A stretch of 64,000 nt of DNA from Nemertoderma westbladi (Eukaryota; Animalia; Xenacoelomorpha), in NCBI GenBank assembly GCA_032718475.1, contig JAUCBJ010003020.1:1-64000 (forward strand). Reading direction: 5' to 3'. Made by a program: the position numbers and the translations under genes. Below the pieces are notes generated by a model. It saw nothing but the letters and a program-made list of their open reading frames with translations, had not been told where the DNA came from and ran no database searches. Numbering within the stretch: position 1 is the first letter of the stretch; each line of letters begins with the position of its first letter. Of the stretch, positions 36,477 through 50,235 are shown one piece after another.

Positions 36477-39400
36477 GCGAAACATAAACATAGCCCGATT
36501 GAGTAAGAAACAGAGCGTGGCTAAATATAGAAACTTAACCCGATTGAGTAAGAAACAGAGCGTGGCTAAATATAGAAACATAACCCGATTGAGTAAGAAA
36601 CAGAGCGTGGCTAAATATAGAAACATAACTCGATTGAGTAAGAAACAGAGCGTGGCTAAATATAGAAACTTAACCCGATTGGGTAAGAAACAGAGTGTGC
36701 CAGTGTGGCTAAATATATAAACATAACCCAATTGAGTAAAAACAGAGCATGGCTAAATATAGAAACTTAACCCGATTGGGTTAGAAACTGAGTGTGGCTA
36801 AATATAGAAACTTAACCCGATTGAGTAAGAAACAGAGCGTGGCTAAATATAGAAACTTGACCCGATTAAGTAAGAAACAGAGCGTGGCTAAATATAGAAA
36901 CCTAACCCGATTGAGTAAGAAACAGAGCGTGGCTAAATATAGAAACATAACCCGATTGAGTAAGAAACAGAGCGTGGTTAAATATAGAAACATAACTCGA
37001 TTGAGTAAGAAACAGAGCGTGGCTAAATATAGAAACATAACTCGATTGAGTAAGAAACAGAGTGTGGCTAAATATAGAAACTTGACCCGATTGAGTAAAA
37101 AACAGAGCGTGGCTAAATATAGAAACTTAACCCGATTGAGTAAGAAACAGAGTGTGGCTAAATATAGAAACATAACCCGATTGAGTAAGAACCAGAGCGT
37201 GGCTAAATATAGAAACTTGACCCGATTGAGTAAAAAACAGAGCGTGGCTAAATATAGAAACTTAACCCGATTGAGTAAGAAACACAGCGTGGCTAAATAT
37301 AGAAACTTGACCCGATTGAGTAAAAAACAGAGCGTGGCTAAATATAGAAACTTAACCCGATTGAGTAAGAAACACAGCGTGGCTAAATATAGAAACTTGA
37401 CCCGATTAAGTAAGAAACAGAGCGTGGCTAAATATAGAAACCTAACCCGATTGAGTAAAAACAGAGCATGGCTAAATATAGAAACTTAACCCGATTGGGT
37501 TAGAAACTGAGTGTGGCTAAATATAGAAACTTAACCCGATTGAGTAAGAAACAGAGCGTGGCTAAATATAGAAACTTGACCCGATTAAGTAAGAAACAGA
37601 GCGTGGCTAAATATAGAAACCTAACCCGATTGAGTAAGAAACAGAGCGTGGCTAAATATAGAAACATAACCCGATTGAGTAAGAAACAGAGCGTGGTTAA
37701 ATATAGAAACATAACTCGATTGAGTAAGAAACAGAGCGTGGCTAAATATAGAAACATAACTCGATTGAGTAAGAAACAGAGTGTGGCTAAATATAGAAAC
37801 TTGACCCGATTGAGTAAAAAACAGAGCGTGGCTAAATATAGAAACTTAACCCGATTGAGTAAGAAACAGAGTGTGGCTAAATATAGAAACATAACCCGAT
37901 TGAGTAAGAACCAGAGCGTGGCTAAATATAGAAACTTGACCCGATTGAGTAAAAAACAGAGCGTGGCTAAATATAGAAACTTAACCCGATTGAGTAAGAA
38001 ACACAGCGTGGCTAAATATAGAAACTTGACCCGATTGAGTAAAAAACAGAGCGTGGCTAAATATAGAAACTTAACCCGATTGAGTAAGAAACACAGCGTG
38101 GCTAAATATAGAAACTTAACCCGATTAAATAAGAAACAGAGTGTGGCTAAATATAGAAACATAACTCGATTGAGTAAGAACCAGAGCGTGGCTAAATATA
38201 GAAACTTAACCCGATTGGGTAAGAAACAGAGTGTGCCAGTGTGGCTAAATATAGAAACATAACCCAATTGAGTAAAAAACAGAGCGTGGCTAAATATAGA
38301 AACTTAACCCGATTGGGTTATAAACTGAGAGTGTGGCTAAATATAGAAACTTAACCCGATTAAATAAGAAACAGAGTGTGGCTAAATATAGAAACATAAC
38401 TCGATTGAGTAAGAACCAGAGCGTGGCTAAATATAGAAACTTAACCCGATTAAATAAGAAACAGAGTGTGGCTAAATATAGAAACATAACTCGATTGAGT
38501 AAGAACCAGAGCGTGGCTAAATATAGAAACTTAACCCGATTGGGTAAGAAACAGAGTGTGCCAGTGTGGCTAAATATAGAAACATAACCCAATTGAGTAA
38601 AAAACAGAGCGTGGCTAAATATAGAAACTTAACCCGATTGGGTTATAAACTGAGAGTGTGGCTAAATATAGAAACATAACCCGATTCAGTAAGAAACAGA
38701 GTGTGACTAAATATAGAAACATAACCCGATTGAGTAAGAAACAGAGTGTGGCTAAATATAGAAACATAACTCGATTGAGTAAGAAACAGAGCGTGGCTAA
38801 ATATAGAAACTTAACCCGATTGGGTGAGAAACAGAGTGTGGCTAAATATAGAAACATAACCCGATTGAGTAAGAAACAGAGCGTGGCTAAATATAGAAAC
38901 ATAACCCGATTGAGTAAGAAACAGAGTGTGGCTAAATAAAGAAACATAACTCAATTGAGTAAGAAACAGAGCGTGGCTAAATATAGAAACATAACCCGAT
39001 TGAGTAAGAAACAGAGCGTGGCTAAATATAGAAACATAACTCAATTGAGTAAGAAACAGAGCGTGACTAAATATAGAAACTTAACCCGATTGGGTGAAAA
39101 ACAGAGTGTGGCTAAATATAGAAACATAACCCGATTGAGCAAGCAACAGAGTGTGGCTAAATATAGAAACATAACTCAATTGAGTAAGAAACAGAGCGTG
39201 ACTAAATATAGAAACTTAACCCGATTGGGTGAAAAACAGAGTGTGGCTAAATATAGAAACATAACCCGATTGAGCAAGCAACAGAGTGTGGCTAAATATA
39301 GAAACATAACTCGATTGAGTAAGAAACAGAGCGTGGCTAAATATAGAAACATAACTCAATTGAGTAAGAAACAGAGCGTGACTAAATATAGAAACTTAAC

Positions 39401-41095
39401 CCGATTGGGTGAAAAACAGAGTGTGGCTAAATATAGAAACATAACCCGATTGAGCAAGCAACAGAGTGTGGCTAAATATAGAAACATAACTCGATTGAGT
39501 AAGAAACAGAGCGTGGCTAAATATAGAAACATAACCCGATTGAGTAAGAAACAGAGCGTGGCTAAATATAGAAACATAACTCGATTGAGTAAGAAACAGA
39601 GCGTGGCTAAATATAGAAACTTAACCCGATTGGGTGAGAAACAGAGTGTGGCTAAATATAGAAACATAACCCGATTGAGTAAGAAACACAGCGTGGCTAA
39701 ATATAGAAACTTAACCCGATTGGGTAAGAAAAGGAGTGTGGCTAAATATAGAAACATAAGCCGTATTCATTACGACGCTGTCAAAATAGACAAAGCTCAC
39801 AGTATAATACTATATCCATTTTTGGGTAAGAAACAGAGCATGGCTAAATATAGAAACATAACTCGATTGAGTAAGAAACAGAGTGTGGCTAAATATAGAA
39901 ACTTAACCCGATTGGGTGAGAAACAGAGTGTGGCTAAATATAGAAACTTAACCCGATTGGGTGAGAAACAGAGTGTGGCTAAATATAGACACACAAAGCG
40001 ATTGAGTAAGAAACAGAGTGTGGCTAAATATAGAAACTTAACCCGATTGGGTGAGAAACAGAGTGTGGCTAAATATAGAAACATAACCCGATTGGGTAAG
40101 AAACAGAGTGTGGCTAAATATAGAAACATAACCCGATTGAGTAAGAAACAGAGTGTGACTAAATATAGAAACATAACCCGATTGAGTAAGAAATAGAGCG
40201 TGGCCAAATATAGAAACATAACCGATTGAGTAAGAAACAGAACGTGGCTAAATATAGAAACTTAACCCGATTGAGTAAGAAACAGAGTGTGTCTAAATAT
40301 AGAAACATAACCCGATTGAGTAAGAAACAGAGTGTGGCTAAAAATAGAAACTTAACCCGATTGGGTGAGAAACAGAGTGTGGCTAAATATAGAAACATAA
40401 CCCGATTGAGTAAGAAACAGAGTGTGGCTAAATATAGAAACATAACCCGATTGAGTAAGAAACAGAGTGTGGCTAAATATAGAAACTTAACCCAATTGGG
40501 TGAGAAACAGAGTGTGGCTAAATATAGACACATAACCCGATTGAGTAAGAAACAGAGTGTGGCTAAATATAGAAATTTAACCCGATTGGGTGAGAAACAG
40601 AGTGTGGCTAAATATAGAAACATAAGCCGTATTCATTACGACGCTGTCAAAATAGACAAAGCTCACCGTATAATACTATATCCATTTTTGGGTAAGAAAC
40701 AGAGCATGGCTAAATATAGAAACATAACTCGATTGAGTAAGAAACAGAGTGTGGCTAAATATAGAAACTTAACCCGATTGGGTAAGAAACACAGCGTGGC
40801 TAAATATAGAAACATAACCCGATTGGGTGAGAAACAGAGTGTGGCTAAATATAGAAACATAACCCGATTGAGTAAGAAACAGAGTGTGGCTAAATATAGA
40901 AACTTAACCCGATTGGGTGAGAAACAGCGTGTGGCTAAATATAGAAACATAACCCGATTGAGTAAGAAACAGAGTGTGGCTAAATATAGAAACTTAACCC
41001 GATTGGGTGAGAAACACAGCGTGGCTAAATATAGAAACATAAGCCGTATTCATTACGACGCTGTCAAAATAGACAAAGCTCACCGTATAATACCC
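36477..41095. repeat. 45-bp satellite (~100 copies) with higher-order duplications
   Basis: Unit GTGGCTAAATATAGAAACTTAACCCGATTGAGTAAGAAACAGAGC. A 719-bp block is duplicated (36781 vs 37500). A ~50-bp non-unit segment recurs at ~39761, 40628 and 41044. Confidence 0.97.
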
Positions 41096-41997
41096 CAATG
41101 GTTCTGTTTCATGGTTAAATTTACTTATGTAGCCTAGGTAGAAAAAAACATGAATTTTTAGTGCGATGTGCGAGTGAAAAACAATAAATAAATATATTGG
41201 ATGTAACTATAATCTCTATGATTCATCTCATTGAAATATTTACATACAATCAAAGGCTAAATAGACAAAGAACTGCAAATTGCTACTGATTGTGTGGGGC
41301 GCCCGCCCCGGTATATATAAATATAAATTAAATAATTAATTAATTAACTAATAATTACAAGTGTGTTTGAACTTCAATTCAATATTGCTTTTGGAAATAG
41401 TGAGAAAACATGAAAGGAAAATCGATATTAATACACACAACCTAAATCACAACATAGCCTCCAAAAAAAAATAGTAGTAGATCTGATGCTGGTGTGATAC
41501 CTAGTACTAACTTAGATAATGGCAATCAAATTAGATATAATTAATTATTATGCACCAATGTCTAAATTTGAAATTACAATAAACTACTATCTAAAATTAT
41601 GTTAAATAAAATTATAACTTCGATGCATGATGTACGATAAGTTCAAACTATTACACTAAAATATTAAATACTAAATTAAATATGTATTAAGTTATATATT
41701 TATTATTATCATTATATGTAATATTAGGAATGGTGATATTTGAATGTCATAGTATAATGTTAATGATAAAGGCATGCCAGTTGTACAGAAATAATTTCTA
41801 TTTGCGTAAAATACGAATCCGGATTCGTACATTTACTCAATGTTGACGAAATGAAACTGTTTGTCTCATATAGAGTCTCATAAATTCAAACAGTTTGAAA
41901 ACCAAACCATAGAACACATCCCAATTAACCAAATTTCGTTTGCATTGGCCTATATTATAAGACCAGAATGCCACTGTCAGACAAATAAAATGAGAAA

Positions 41998-42836
41998 ATG
42001 TGGCCGATTGGGTTAGATATGTGGCCGATAGGGTTGGATCTGTGGCTGATTAAGTTGGATATGTGGCCGATTAGGTTGGATATGTGGCCGATTGGGTTGG
42101 ATCTGTGGCCGATTAGGTTGGATATGTGGCTGATTAAGTTGGATATGTGGCCGATTGGGTTGGATCTGTGGCCGATTAGGTTGGATATGTGGCCGATTAG
42201 GTTGGATATGTGGCCGATTAGGTTGGATATGTGGTCGATTTGGGTTGGATATGTGGCCGATGTGGGTTGGATCTGTGGCCGATTAGGTTGGATATGTGGC
42301 CGATTGGGTTGGATCTGTGGCCGATTAGGTTGGATATGTGGCCGATTGGGTTGGATCTGTGGCCGATTAGGTTGGATATGTGGCCGATTAGGTTGGATAT
42401 GTGGCCGATTAGGTTGGATATGTGGTCGATTTGGGTTGGATATGTGGCCGATGTGGGTTGGATCTGTGGCCGATTTCGGATGGATCTGTGGCCGATTGGA
42501 TGGGATCTGTGGCCGATTTGGGTTGGATCTGTGGCCGATTGGGTTGGATATGTGGCCGATTGGATTGGATATGTGGCCGACTGGGTTGGATATATGGCCG
42601 ATTGTGTTTGATATGTGGCCGATTGGATGGGATCTGTGGCCGATTGGGTTGGATATATGGCCGATTGTGTTTGATATGTGGCCAATTGGATGGGATCTGT
42701 GGCCGATTGGGTTGGATATATGGCCGATTGTGTTTGATATGTGGCCGATTGGATGGGATCTGTGGCCGATTGGGTTGGATATATGGCCGATTGTGTTTGA
42801 TATGTGGCCGATTGGATGAGATCTGTGGCCGATTGA
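41998..42836. repeat. 21-bp minisatellite (~40 copies)
   Basis: Unit GATATGTGGCCGATTGGGTTG; a 63-bp trimer dominates the right part. Confidence 0.95.
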
Positions 42837-43608
42837 GTTCGATCTCTGACGAGTAAAGGTAGAACAAGGATCTGTGTTTTACTCTAACTTATAATTTCTC
42901 ACAAATAGTAAAAAAAAAACGAAAAATTATAAAGAATAATTAACATTATTATGATTAGGAACGTTTTTAATGGGTTGAAAAATATGAAGAGATCAATAAT
43001 TAATTATGAATGGATAATATAAATAACTCTTTATGACTAAAATAAAAACTACGCTACATATAATTGCCCAAATAATTCTAATATAATGGTCATGTTGGCT
43101 CCCATGCAATGGGAGCCTGAAAAGCACAAAATCACAAATAATATTACTCAACAACAACAATCGACAAGATAAAGCTGTGTGGTCCGTCAATAAATAGTTA
43201 TAACTTTCCCTCAGTATTTCGAGAGAAGAGACACAGTAACTCGCGATATGTTACCGATTTTTGTTTTCAATTCAAAGTTATTAAATTTTATCATTTTGCG
43301 AAACACAGAAATGATCGACTGCAAACTCATCGCATATGCGATTCGAGGATGCGAACTGGATCCTACAGGACAAATACGATACGGAAAACAACTCGGAAAA
43401 GTACAAGTGATGAGAGGAAGGCTGTATTTTATACCCTAGAAATTATTGGTCAAAAACCCGCTACAGTTTAGTAATTATGTTACTTATTACGGCATTCAAA
43501 AATGAATTCAATATCATTAGCTATAGTCATAACCATTACTAGTTAATGACCCCCTTAATCGTAGCTTTACCTGTACTCAGTTACTTCCGGTGCCCAAAAT
43601 GATTACCA

Positions 43609-46600
43609 TTAGCTACTTCCGGTGCCTTTCCCGACGTCGGGCGCGTAAACCCGCTCGCCAAACTCCTCGAACGTGGTCCGGTAGCGGTGCCCTTCCGCTA
43701 TGCTGTCCAGATACATGGCGCGGTCCTCGTAATGCCGGTACTTGCCGCCGCCGAGCGGGGCGCCCCCATCGTCAGGGGCGTACCGCGCCCATCGATTCGC
43801 GTTGATCGCAGTGGCGCGGACCAGCCCTGCCAACGACCGGCGGTCTACCACGGCCCCGTCGAACAAAGGCCCGAACCCGCTGCGGCCCCCATCGACCCCG
43901 CGCGCCTTCAGTAGGAGCTGCACCCGGTAGAGATTGCGACACCGGAGCGGGTAGATACCGATGATGACTCCCCCGTACTCGGTCGGAATGATACCGTGCC
44001 GGAAGTCCCGTCGATGTTCCGACCACACGATGTGCACCTCGTCGTTACCTAGGTGACGCATCTTCAACGAGTTCTGTCTCACCGAGGGCATCCGCGTGGC
44101 CACGTGGAAGATGACCTCCATACAGCTGGTCGCATAGTAGGGGGCGCGCGAACCGCAGCCGTGATTGGTCGGGAGTCCTCCGCGGAAACCCGCGTGATTG
44201 GCTAAATCGACGTCCCAACCCAGCCCCTCAATAAAGGCCTCGTAATCAGCTGAGCCGCTGCAGTTGTTAAGGATACTGGTTTTATCTTCCTGTCCATTGG
44301 CCACGTACAGCACCGCTATTTTATGAGTCTCCCGACACGGCTGTTTGTCCAGATTCTTTAACTCCCTGTCCAGTTTATCATTGCGTCTCAGCAGATCGAA
44401 GGATCTCCGTTTCTCCCACGAAAGGAACCCCAATGTGTAGAGGATTTGGACACTCTGGTAGAACCGAGATTTTGGATTGGTGTAATTCGGCCTCAGACAT
44501 TTACTATCGGCTCTACGATTCGCGTTACTTTCAGTTACGTAACGGAGCTCTGTGTTCTCCTGATCACGCATCCTCGACCCGATTCGATCAACCACTGAAC
44601 CCGCCTCCCCGAGCACCGGCTGGTTCAGCGGCTGACCCGGCACTTGCAGACACTCGGGACTGCTGCTGCCTATGTAGTAGAGACTGTCGTCTAGGAGGTC
44701 AGATCCGTGGGGTCGGTTCGTCCTGGTTGGTAGACACTCCGGCGCCAAGTATACAAACTTCTCGGGAGAGCGACTTCGGACCCCGGATGCAGTAACGGAG
44801 CGACGGTTGTCTGCTGCAGCGCCATCTAGTGGGTCATCCACACCATCCTGCATGCAAGGCAGCCAGTACTCCCGACGGCTGGGCGGCCCGTACAGCATCG
44901 CGGTATCCCATACGAACTTCCCGCCCACATTTCGGACTATAACGCGGCATTGGGTAGGCGCAGTGAGCAACCCGGCAGCCAGACCCCCACCCGGGATTTG
45001 TTCGTCCGTCGGGATCTCCACGAAGGACATCAACGAGACGTCTGTGTCCTCCACGAACATCTGGAGGTCCCGGGAGAGGCTGACCGTGGCCGCTTCCGGG
45101 ACCGCGTCCTCCAGATCGTGGTGCTCGCAGACCAACGAGGTCAAACAGGAGGCGCCGCTCCCCAGCGGGAACTGGCCGTGGTGGTTGACCAAATGGTGGA
45201 TGGCGTCAACGGCTGAGAGGGCGACGACCCCGTGAGTGGGCGAGTAGACCGCGTCCACGGTGGACATAGTGCTCGGGATGGATCGGTTCGGTTCGCCAGC
45301 TCGGCTCGTCGGCGTATCCGAATCCGGCGACGATATCGGAGACGAAAAGTCAGACTTATTGCCGTTTATATTGAAAACCGACGGTCTTCCAATTGCCCCT
45401 GAATATGGGCCAACAGTCGCAGCGTAGCGAAGCGATTTAAAGACCAGCGTGATGTAGGGAATACCGAGACGAACGCAAATAGACAATAATAGTTTAGTCG
45501 GCAGACACATAGACCACTCCAAGAGACACCGAATTAGAGATACAACTAATCTTCGCAACTCTTCATCCTCTGGAGATGTGGAACTCCCCTGGGTGCTCGG
45601 CACAAGAGTCGTGATAACCCCGCAGACTTTCTCAATGATAAACATAGGGATTGTAGGGAAACTCGTTAACAGCACGGTGGAATGGTCCCCAAACAAACAC
45701 AGAGTGTCGCACACTGCATGCACCACGCATAAATTCTCCGAACTCAAACACGATACCAGCGCGTCTATAGTCTGGATAACCAGACTGCTATGATCATGAG
45801 TTCCTTCATCGTGTTGACTCAACTCGCCATAAACATAGACCCCCAAGCAGTGAATAGACAAACATCTTGAGACAGTTGAAATCGCGTCAACAGCCATTAG
45901 ATTTTGTGTTAAAAGAGGCATAACTAGCCTATCGGAGAGGTCATCAACATTAACCGAATCGCAGGATAACGAAGCTTTCAAACTCGTTAATCTGCCGCCG
46001 TAGTGGCGTTGGAATGGAAGCAACGAGCCGAGGCAGGCCACAGCCTCGCAGACTGGGGCCGGAGTCGCAAAACTTTCGCTAGAGGATATTACTAAAGAAG
46101 CGGCGTGTACGTAGGGAAGGATGAGCGCAGAGAGTCCATGGTGGGGTAAACTGAAGAAGCGAGAACCGCTGTGGCGGATGATAATGTCAGAAACGTCACG
46201 GTCAGCAGATACGAGGCCTCGATGGAACGTGAGAACCAGCATGGTGAGATGGTCCGGGGGGATGAGCGGTTGGTTAATAACGAAGGAGCACAACATCTGG
46301 TAGGCTATCAGTCGGCCTTCGCGGTGGCATTCTAGCGCCGATGCCGTCGACTCAAATAGCCACGGAGTCATATAAAGTAACGGAGGAGGATTCATGGCGC
46401 CAATGGGTTGATCATTGGGCTGCTCATTGGTGATTTTGATTAAACTATCGTAGACTCTACGCAGGTGGGTATAGACATCGGTATGTGTCTTGCCATCTGT
46501 AATGCGATTCACATTTCCCAGAATCCCCAACATACGTTGCCATAACAACACCGCAACTCTTTTATGCCAACCAACCAAATTACCTCCGAGAATGACGGGT

Positions 46601-48341
46601 AACTTCTTGTTACTGACAGCTGCGACGATATCATTGCCAGGTGCCGTAACTTGAGTATCCGAGCTTTGTTCTCTGTTACAGAGATTAGTGGCAACGGGAT
46701 CTTCAATTAGTAAGTCATCCTCTGATACAATTCGTTCCACATTGGATGCTATTAAATCTAAGGCTTCAAGCGTTGGATCGCATGTTGGGATAGAAACTTC
46801 CTCATTTACAACCGAATTCCCTCCACTCATCGCAATCACATGGTCAGGTAAAGCCAACTGCGTTGTTGGAGGGGTGGGAACTTCGTTGGGAATTGCCGTA
46901 GAAGAATCATTAGTTGGCGACATCATAGGACTTAAATCCATTGAAGACATAGAGAGAAAGACCTCGTCTCCGCTAAAGAGCAGCTTATCGATCTCGGGCG
47001 CACCACCACCAACCACACTGTCGGGACGACGTATTCCACCGCTAGCAGACGGTGTATCATCCGAGGACCGAAGTCTAATCAGGTCGGATGTAACCGAACT
47101 AAAAGATGAATTAGTTCCCGAAGATGCAGAAACATCAGCGCAGTGAGTTGTAGAACGTCGGGAATTTAATCTCTGCTTGAAAACTGCTAATTCTTTGAGA
47201 GTTTCCTTTCTGGCTGACGGCGGTTGAATTTCTATGGGAGGGGAATCAAAAGAAGTTGAACTGAGTTCCGAGTCGAGAGTGTTGGTTCTGTAGGGTTTGG
47301 TGACCCCCTCGATATCGTAGCTCTCTTCTGATAGGTTGGAAGGTTGACGGGGAGTGGCGGGGGAACCGTGAGGTCTGTGTGTCTGTACCGGAGGGGAGGA
47401 GGGTTGGGTGGGGGTGGATGGGTGCGAGGGGGCGCCTGGGTGGGAGGGAGCGCCTGGGTGGGAGGGAGCGGCTGGCTGGACAGGGGCAACCGGGTTGGAG
47501 GGATCCGTGGGTGACCCAGTCAACGTCGAACTGCGCTCTCTGCCGACGACCTGGTGTCTATCCTCCCGCCTGCGTGGATGTTCCGACGACTGTCTGGTAG
47601 TGGCGGTTCCCGCGCGGATCCTGTGATGCTCCCCAATACGCGCCGAAGCCAACTTGCTCAGATCGACGCCGTAAACCAACTTAGCCAATATCTCGGTTAG
47701 AGTCAACATCGTTTTAGACCATTCGGAGATCAACTCGTTCCAATGAGTGGACGAAGATAACGCATCCAGTAACTCAGACCATAAAGCTAACGGAATGGGA
47801 ACTATTAGAGAGGCTTTAACCCAAGTTACTACTAGAGTTTGGAACCAGTGAGCAGACAAAGCTTTAGCGAGTTTGTACATTGCGGAGGGGCCAGGACGGC
47901 AATGGAAGATAACCTTTGTGATCTTTAGTAGAACTCGAAGAAGTTGGTCCCACGTGGCTTCGGTCATCTTGGCCTTATTGGTGACGATGTGGCGGTACAT
48001 GTTGACTACCCGTTTACAGGTATCGATCTGGTCGGCGAGTTGTTTGGCCCCGATGGGTAGGGGTTCTAGGAGCAGCAGATTGGCGGAGTTTGTAACGAAC
48101 AGCTGGATGGTGGACTGCATCCCGGCCGCGACCGAGGCACCTGGGTGGTCCGTAGAGCAGACGGCGCGGAGGTAGGATCGGTTGCGGACCCGGGGAGGGG
48201 CCTCCGGCGTGTAGAAGGTGGACCTCGCTTGGGGGACGTCAGACTCCTCCGTTTCAATGTCTCCCGCTTCAGTAATGTTTTGTAAATGTTGGATATCGGC
48301 GTGTGACAACGCTACCGATTTGTCCACGCTGTCCTCCCAAC
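43609..48341 (-). CDS. RALGAPA1: Ral GTPase-activating protein alpha subunit, exon 2 (4733 nt) with Rap-GAP domain
   Basis: Acceptor TTTTTTATAG|G at 48341, phase 1, in frame with the 1572-aa ORF. LQLFVTNSANL-like, LWQRMLGILGNVN, RELKNLD..CRETHKIAVLYVANGQED, EVIFHVATRMP, RHLGNDEVHIVWSEH (Asn thumb). Probably co-orthologous to RALGAPA1/2. Confidence 0.95.
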
Positions 48342-49041
48342 CTATAAAAAAACAAAAAGTTACAACAACAAAAACGAATACTAATTACATGTGAGGCTAA
48401 AACAAAACTTAGTTCAACAATTTACCGAGAGAGGTCTTTATATTTATTTTAATTTCTATTTTTATTTACTGTAAAAAACTTCCGAAAACAAAAATATATA
48501 TATTTTTTCCATTTTAAAGAAATGTTCTCTCATGTCTAATTTCGTTCAAAAAATTAAACAATAAAAACGATTTTCACGATTATACAGTGTGTTTGCTTGA
48601 TTACCTAGAGAAAACGACCGAAGGGGTTGAATGTTAAACATCGATATTCACTAGATAGTCCGCCTTGTCTTTACAACTTTGCGTCGGGGTCGTAATTTAA
48701 GCATGTATTATTTTGTTTCTGCATACCATTTAAAACCCACCGTCATTAAACCAAAACATATAATAATCTATCTCTCTATCCTAATCATAACACTAACAGG
48801 CAATTCAAATCAATGATGTTCTTTTGATGTTTGCTAAATTGCAAACCTCAAACACCAACCCACCCGACTATAAATATACAGGACGACTGGTTAAGTATGG
48901 CATATTGCGTACATTAATGTAATATCAGTGATTAGAAAATCGATTTTACTCTATGATACTGACGCGACACCGTTTGCTGTGTGGGATTTAATGTACACGA
49001 TACAAGTCGCTCTACAACATATGTGATGATATACATTTAAC

Positions 49042-50130
49042 GGTGTGCGGAAACTCCCCCCCCCCCCCCCCCCCCGGGACACTTCCCCCCCCTGGACAGT
49101 TCCCCCCCCGTTCAAGTAGGACACTTCCCCCCCAGACACTTCCTCCCCGGACACTCCCCCCACCCCCCCCCCCCCCCGACTGTTCTTAACTTCGCACATT
49201 CTTATTTTTCATTTTGTAAGGTAAACGGACCGCTTGTATCCAGACAAGTTGTATCCAATTTTCCTTTCTTAGCTCAGAAAGTGATCTTTTGCATCCCGAT
49301 TTTACATTTTGTATCCAAGTTTTATTTATTGGTTTTATCAATGCAATTACATTGTATTGTTTGCTAACCTTTAAACAATTAATTAGAAGACCTATAAATT
49401 CCATCCCCCGAATGATATACTGTTTTTATTAACTATATAATTATAATAATTAATTGTTTTAATTATAGGTATTATTATGTAATAGTCTTTCTTCTTCAAA
49501 TTGTAGCAGATGGGGATGAATATTATTGTTGCAATCAAAACTATACCTGTCCAGGGTAAAATCGACATGCGTCTACCTGTATTATGTGTTCAGCATTACA
49601 TATTGATATACATATTACTACCCTTCATATAGATATTATCCACACTACATATTAAATTTCCTGGTTACTTGCAATATTTTTAAAAGGATTTTGTCGAATT
49701 ATATAATATTGTAGTAATTTATATATTAATTTGGTTAACATTCAATACAGCTCCTACTTTAGGCTTAGTCAATTTATTATCTGATGATACAAACATGAAT
49801 TGATTATTTCAAAATGGTCTCAAAGTTTTTCACCACGGGCACACAGGGATTGCCGGGGTTTGGGGACGGCATCCCCCAGCCAAAGAAGTGGGGGTTTGGG
49901 GGCGGCAGCCCCCAATTAAAAGAAAAACAAACAAAATTTTAATATAAAAATGTTTCTTTTATAATTTTGAAAAAACTTGACTAGATAGGCCTACAACTTG
50001 TCCTGTAACAATCTTTAACTTTTGTTTATTGCTTTGGTGCACCCAGATTAATTTGAAATGTCCCGGAAATGGCCGGGGGAAGTGTACTTGGGCGGGGTGG
50101 AACTGTCCGGGGGGGAAGTGTCCTAGATCC
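49042..50130. mobile_element. Non-autonomous Mutator-like element in the RalGAPA intron
   Basis: Perfect 9-bp TSD ACATTTAAC (49033-49041, 50131-50139); GG...CC ends; subterminal GGACACTTCCCCCC..GGACAGTTCC inverted at the other end. Confidence 0.85.
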
Positions 50131-50141
50131 ACATTTAACAA

Positions 50142-50235
50142 CTGCCCTGCCCTGCCCTGCCCTGCCCTGCCCTGCCCTGCCCTGCCCTGCCCTGCCCTGC
50201 CCTGCCCTGCCCTGCCCTGCCTTGCCTTGCCTTGC
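50142..50235. repeat. (CTGCC)n pentanucleotide microsatellite
   Basis: About 18 tandem CTGCC/TTGCC units. Confidence 0.95.

Noticed and set aside
35652-36731. 359-aa ORF as an intact RT gene
   Set aside because: Chimera of satellite units and a doubly truncated RTE fragment; lacks the N-terminal RT motifs and the endonuclease.
36475-41137. Long Lys/Arg-rich ORFs (KKQSVAKYRNLTRLS)n and antisense (FLYLATLCFLLNRV)n
   Set aside because: By-product of a 45-bp unit divisible by three. Frames break repeatedly along the array and there is no unique start or domain.
41998-42867. Trp- or Pro-rich repeat proteins from the 21-bp array
   Set aside because: Frameshifting unit variants and no splice or start support.
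43049-43435. Small spliced minus-strand ORF just downstream of RalGAPA (possible operon partner)
   Set aside because: Splice-like sites exist (43254 donor, 43117 acceptor) but the product is only ~47 aa with no recognisable family; it may simply be 3' UTR.
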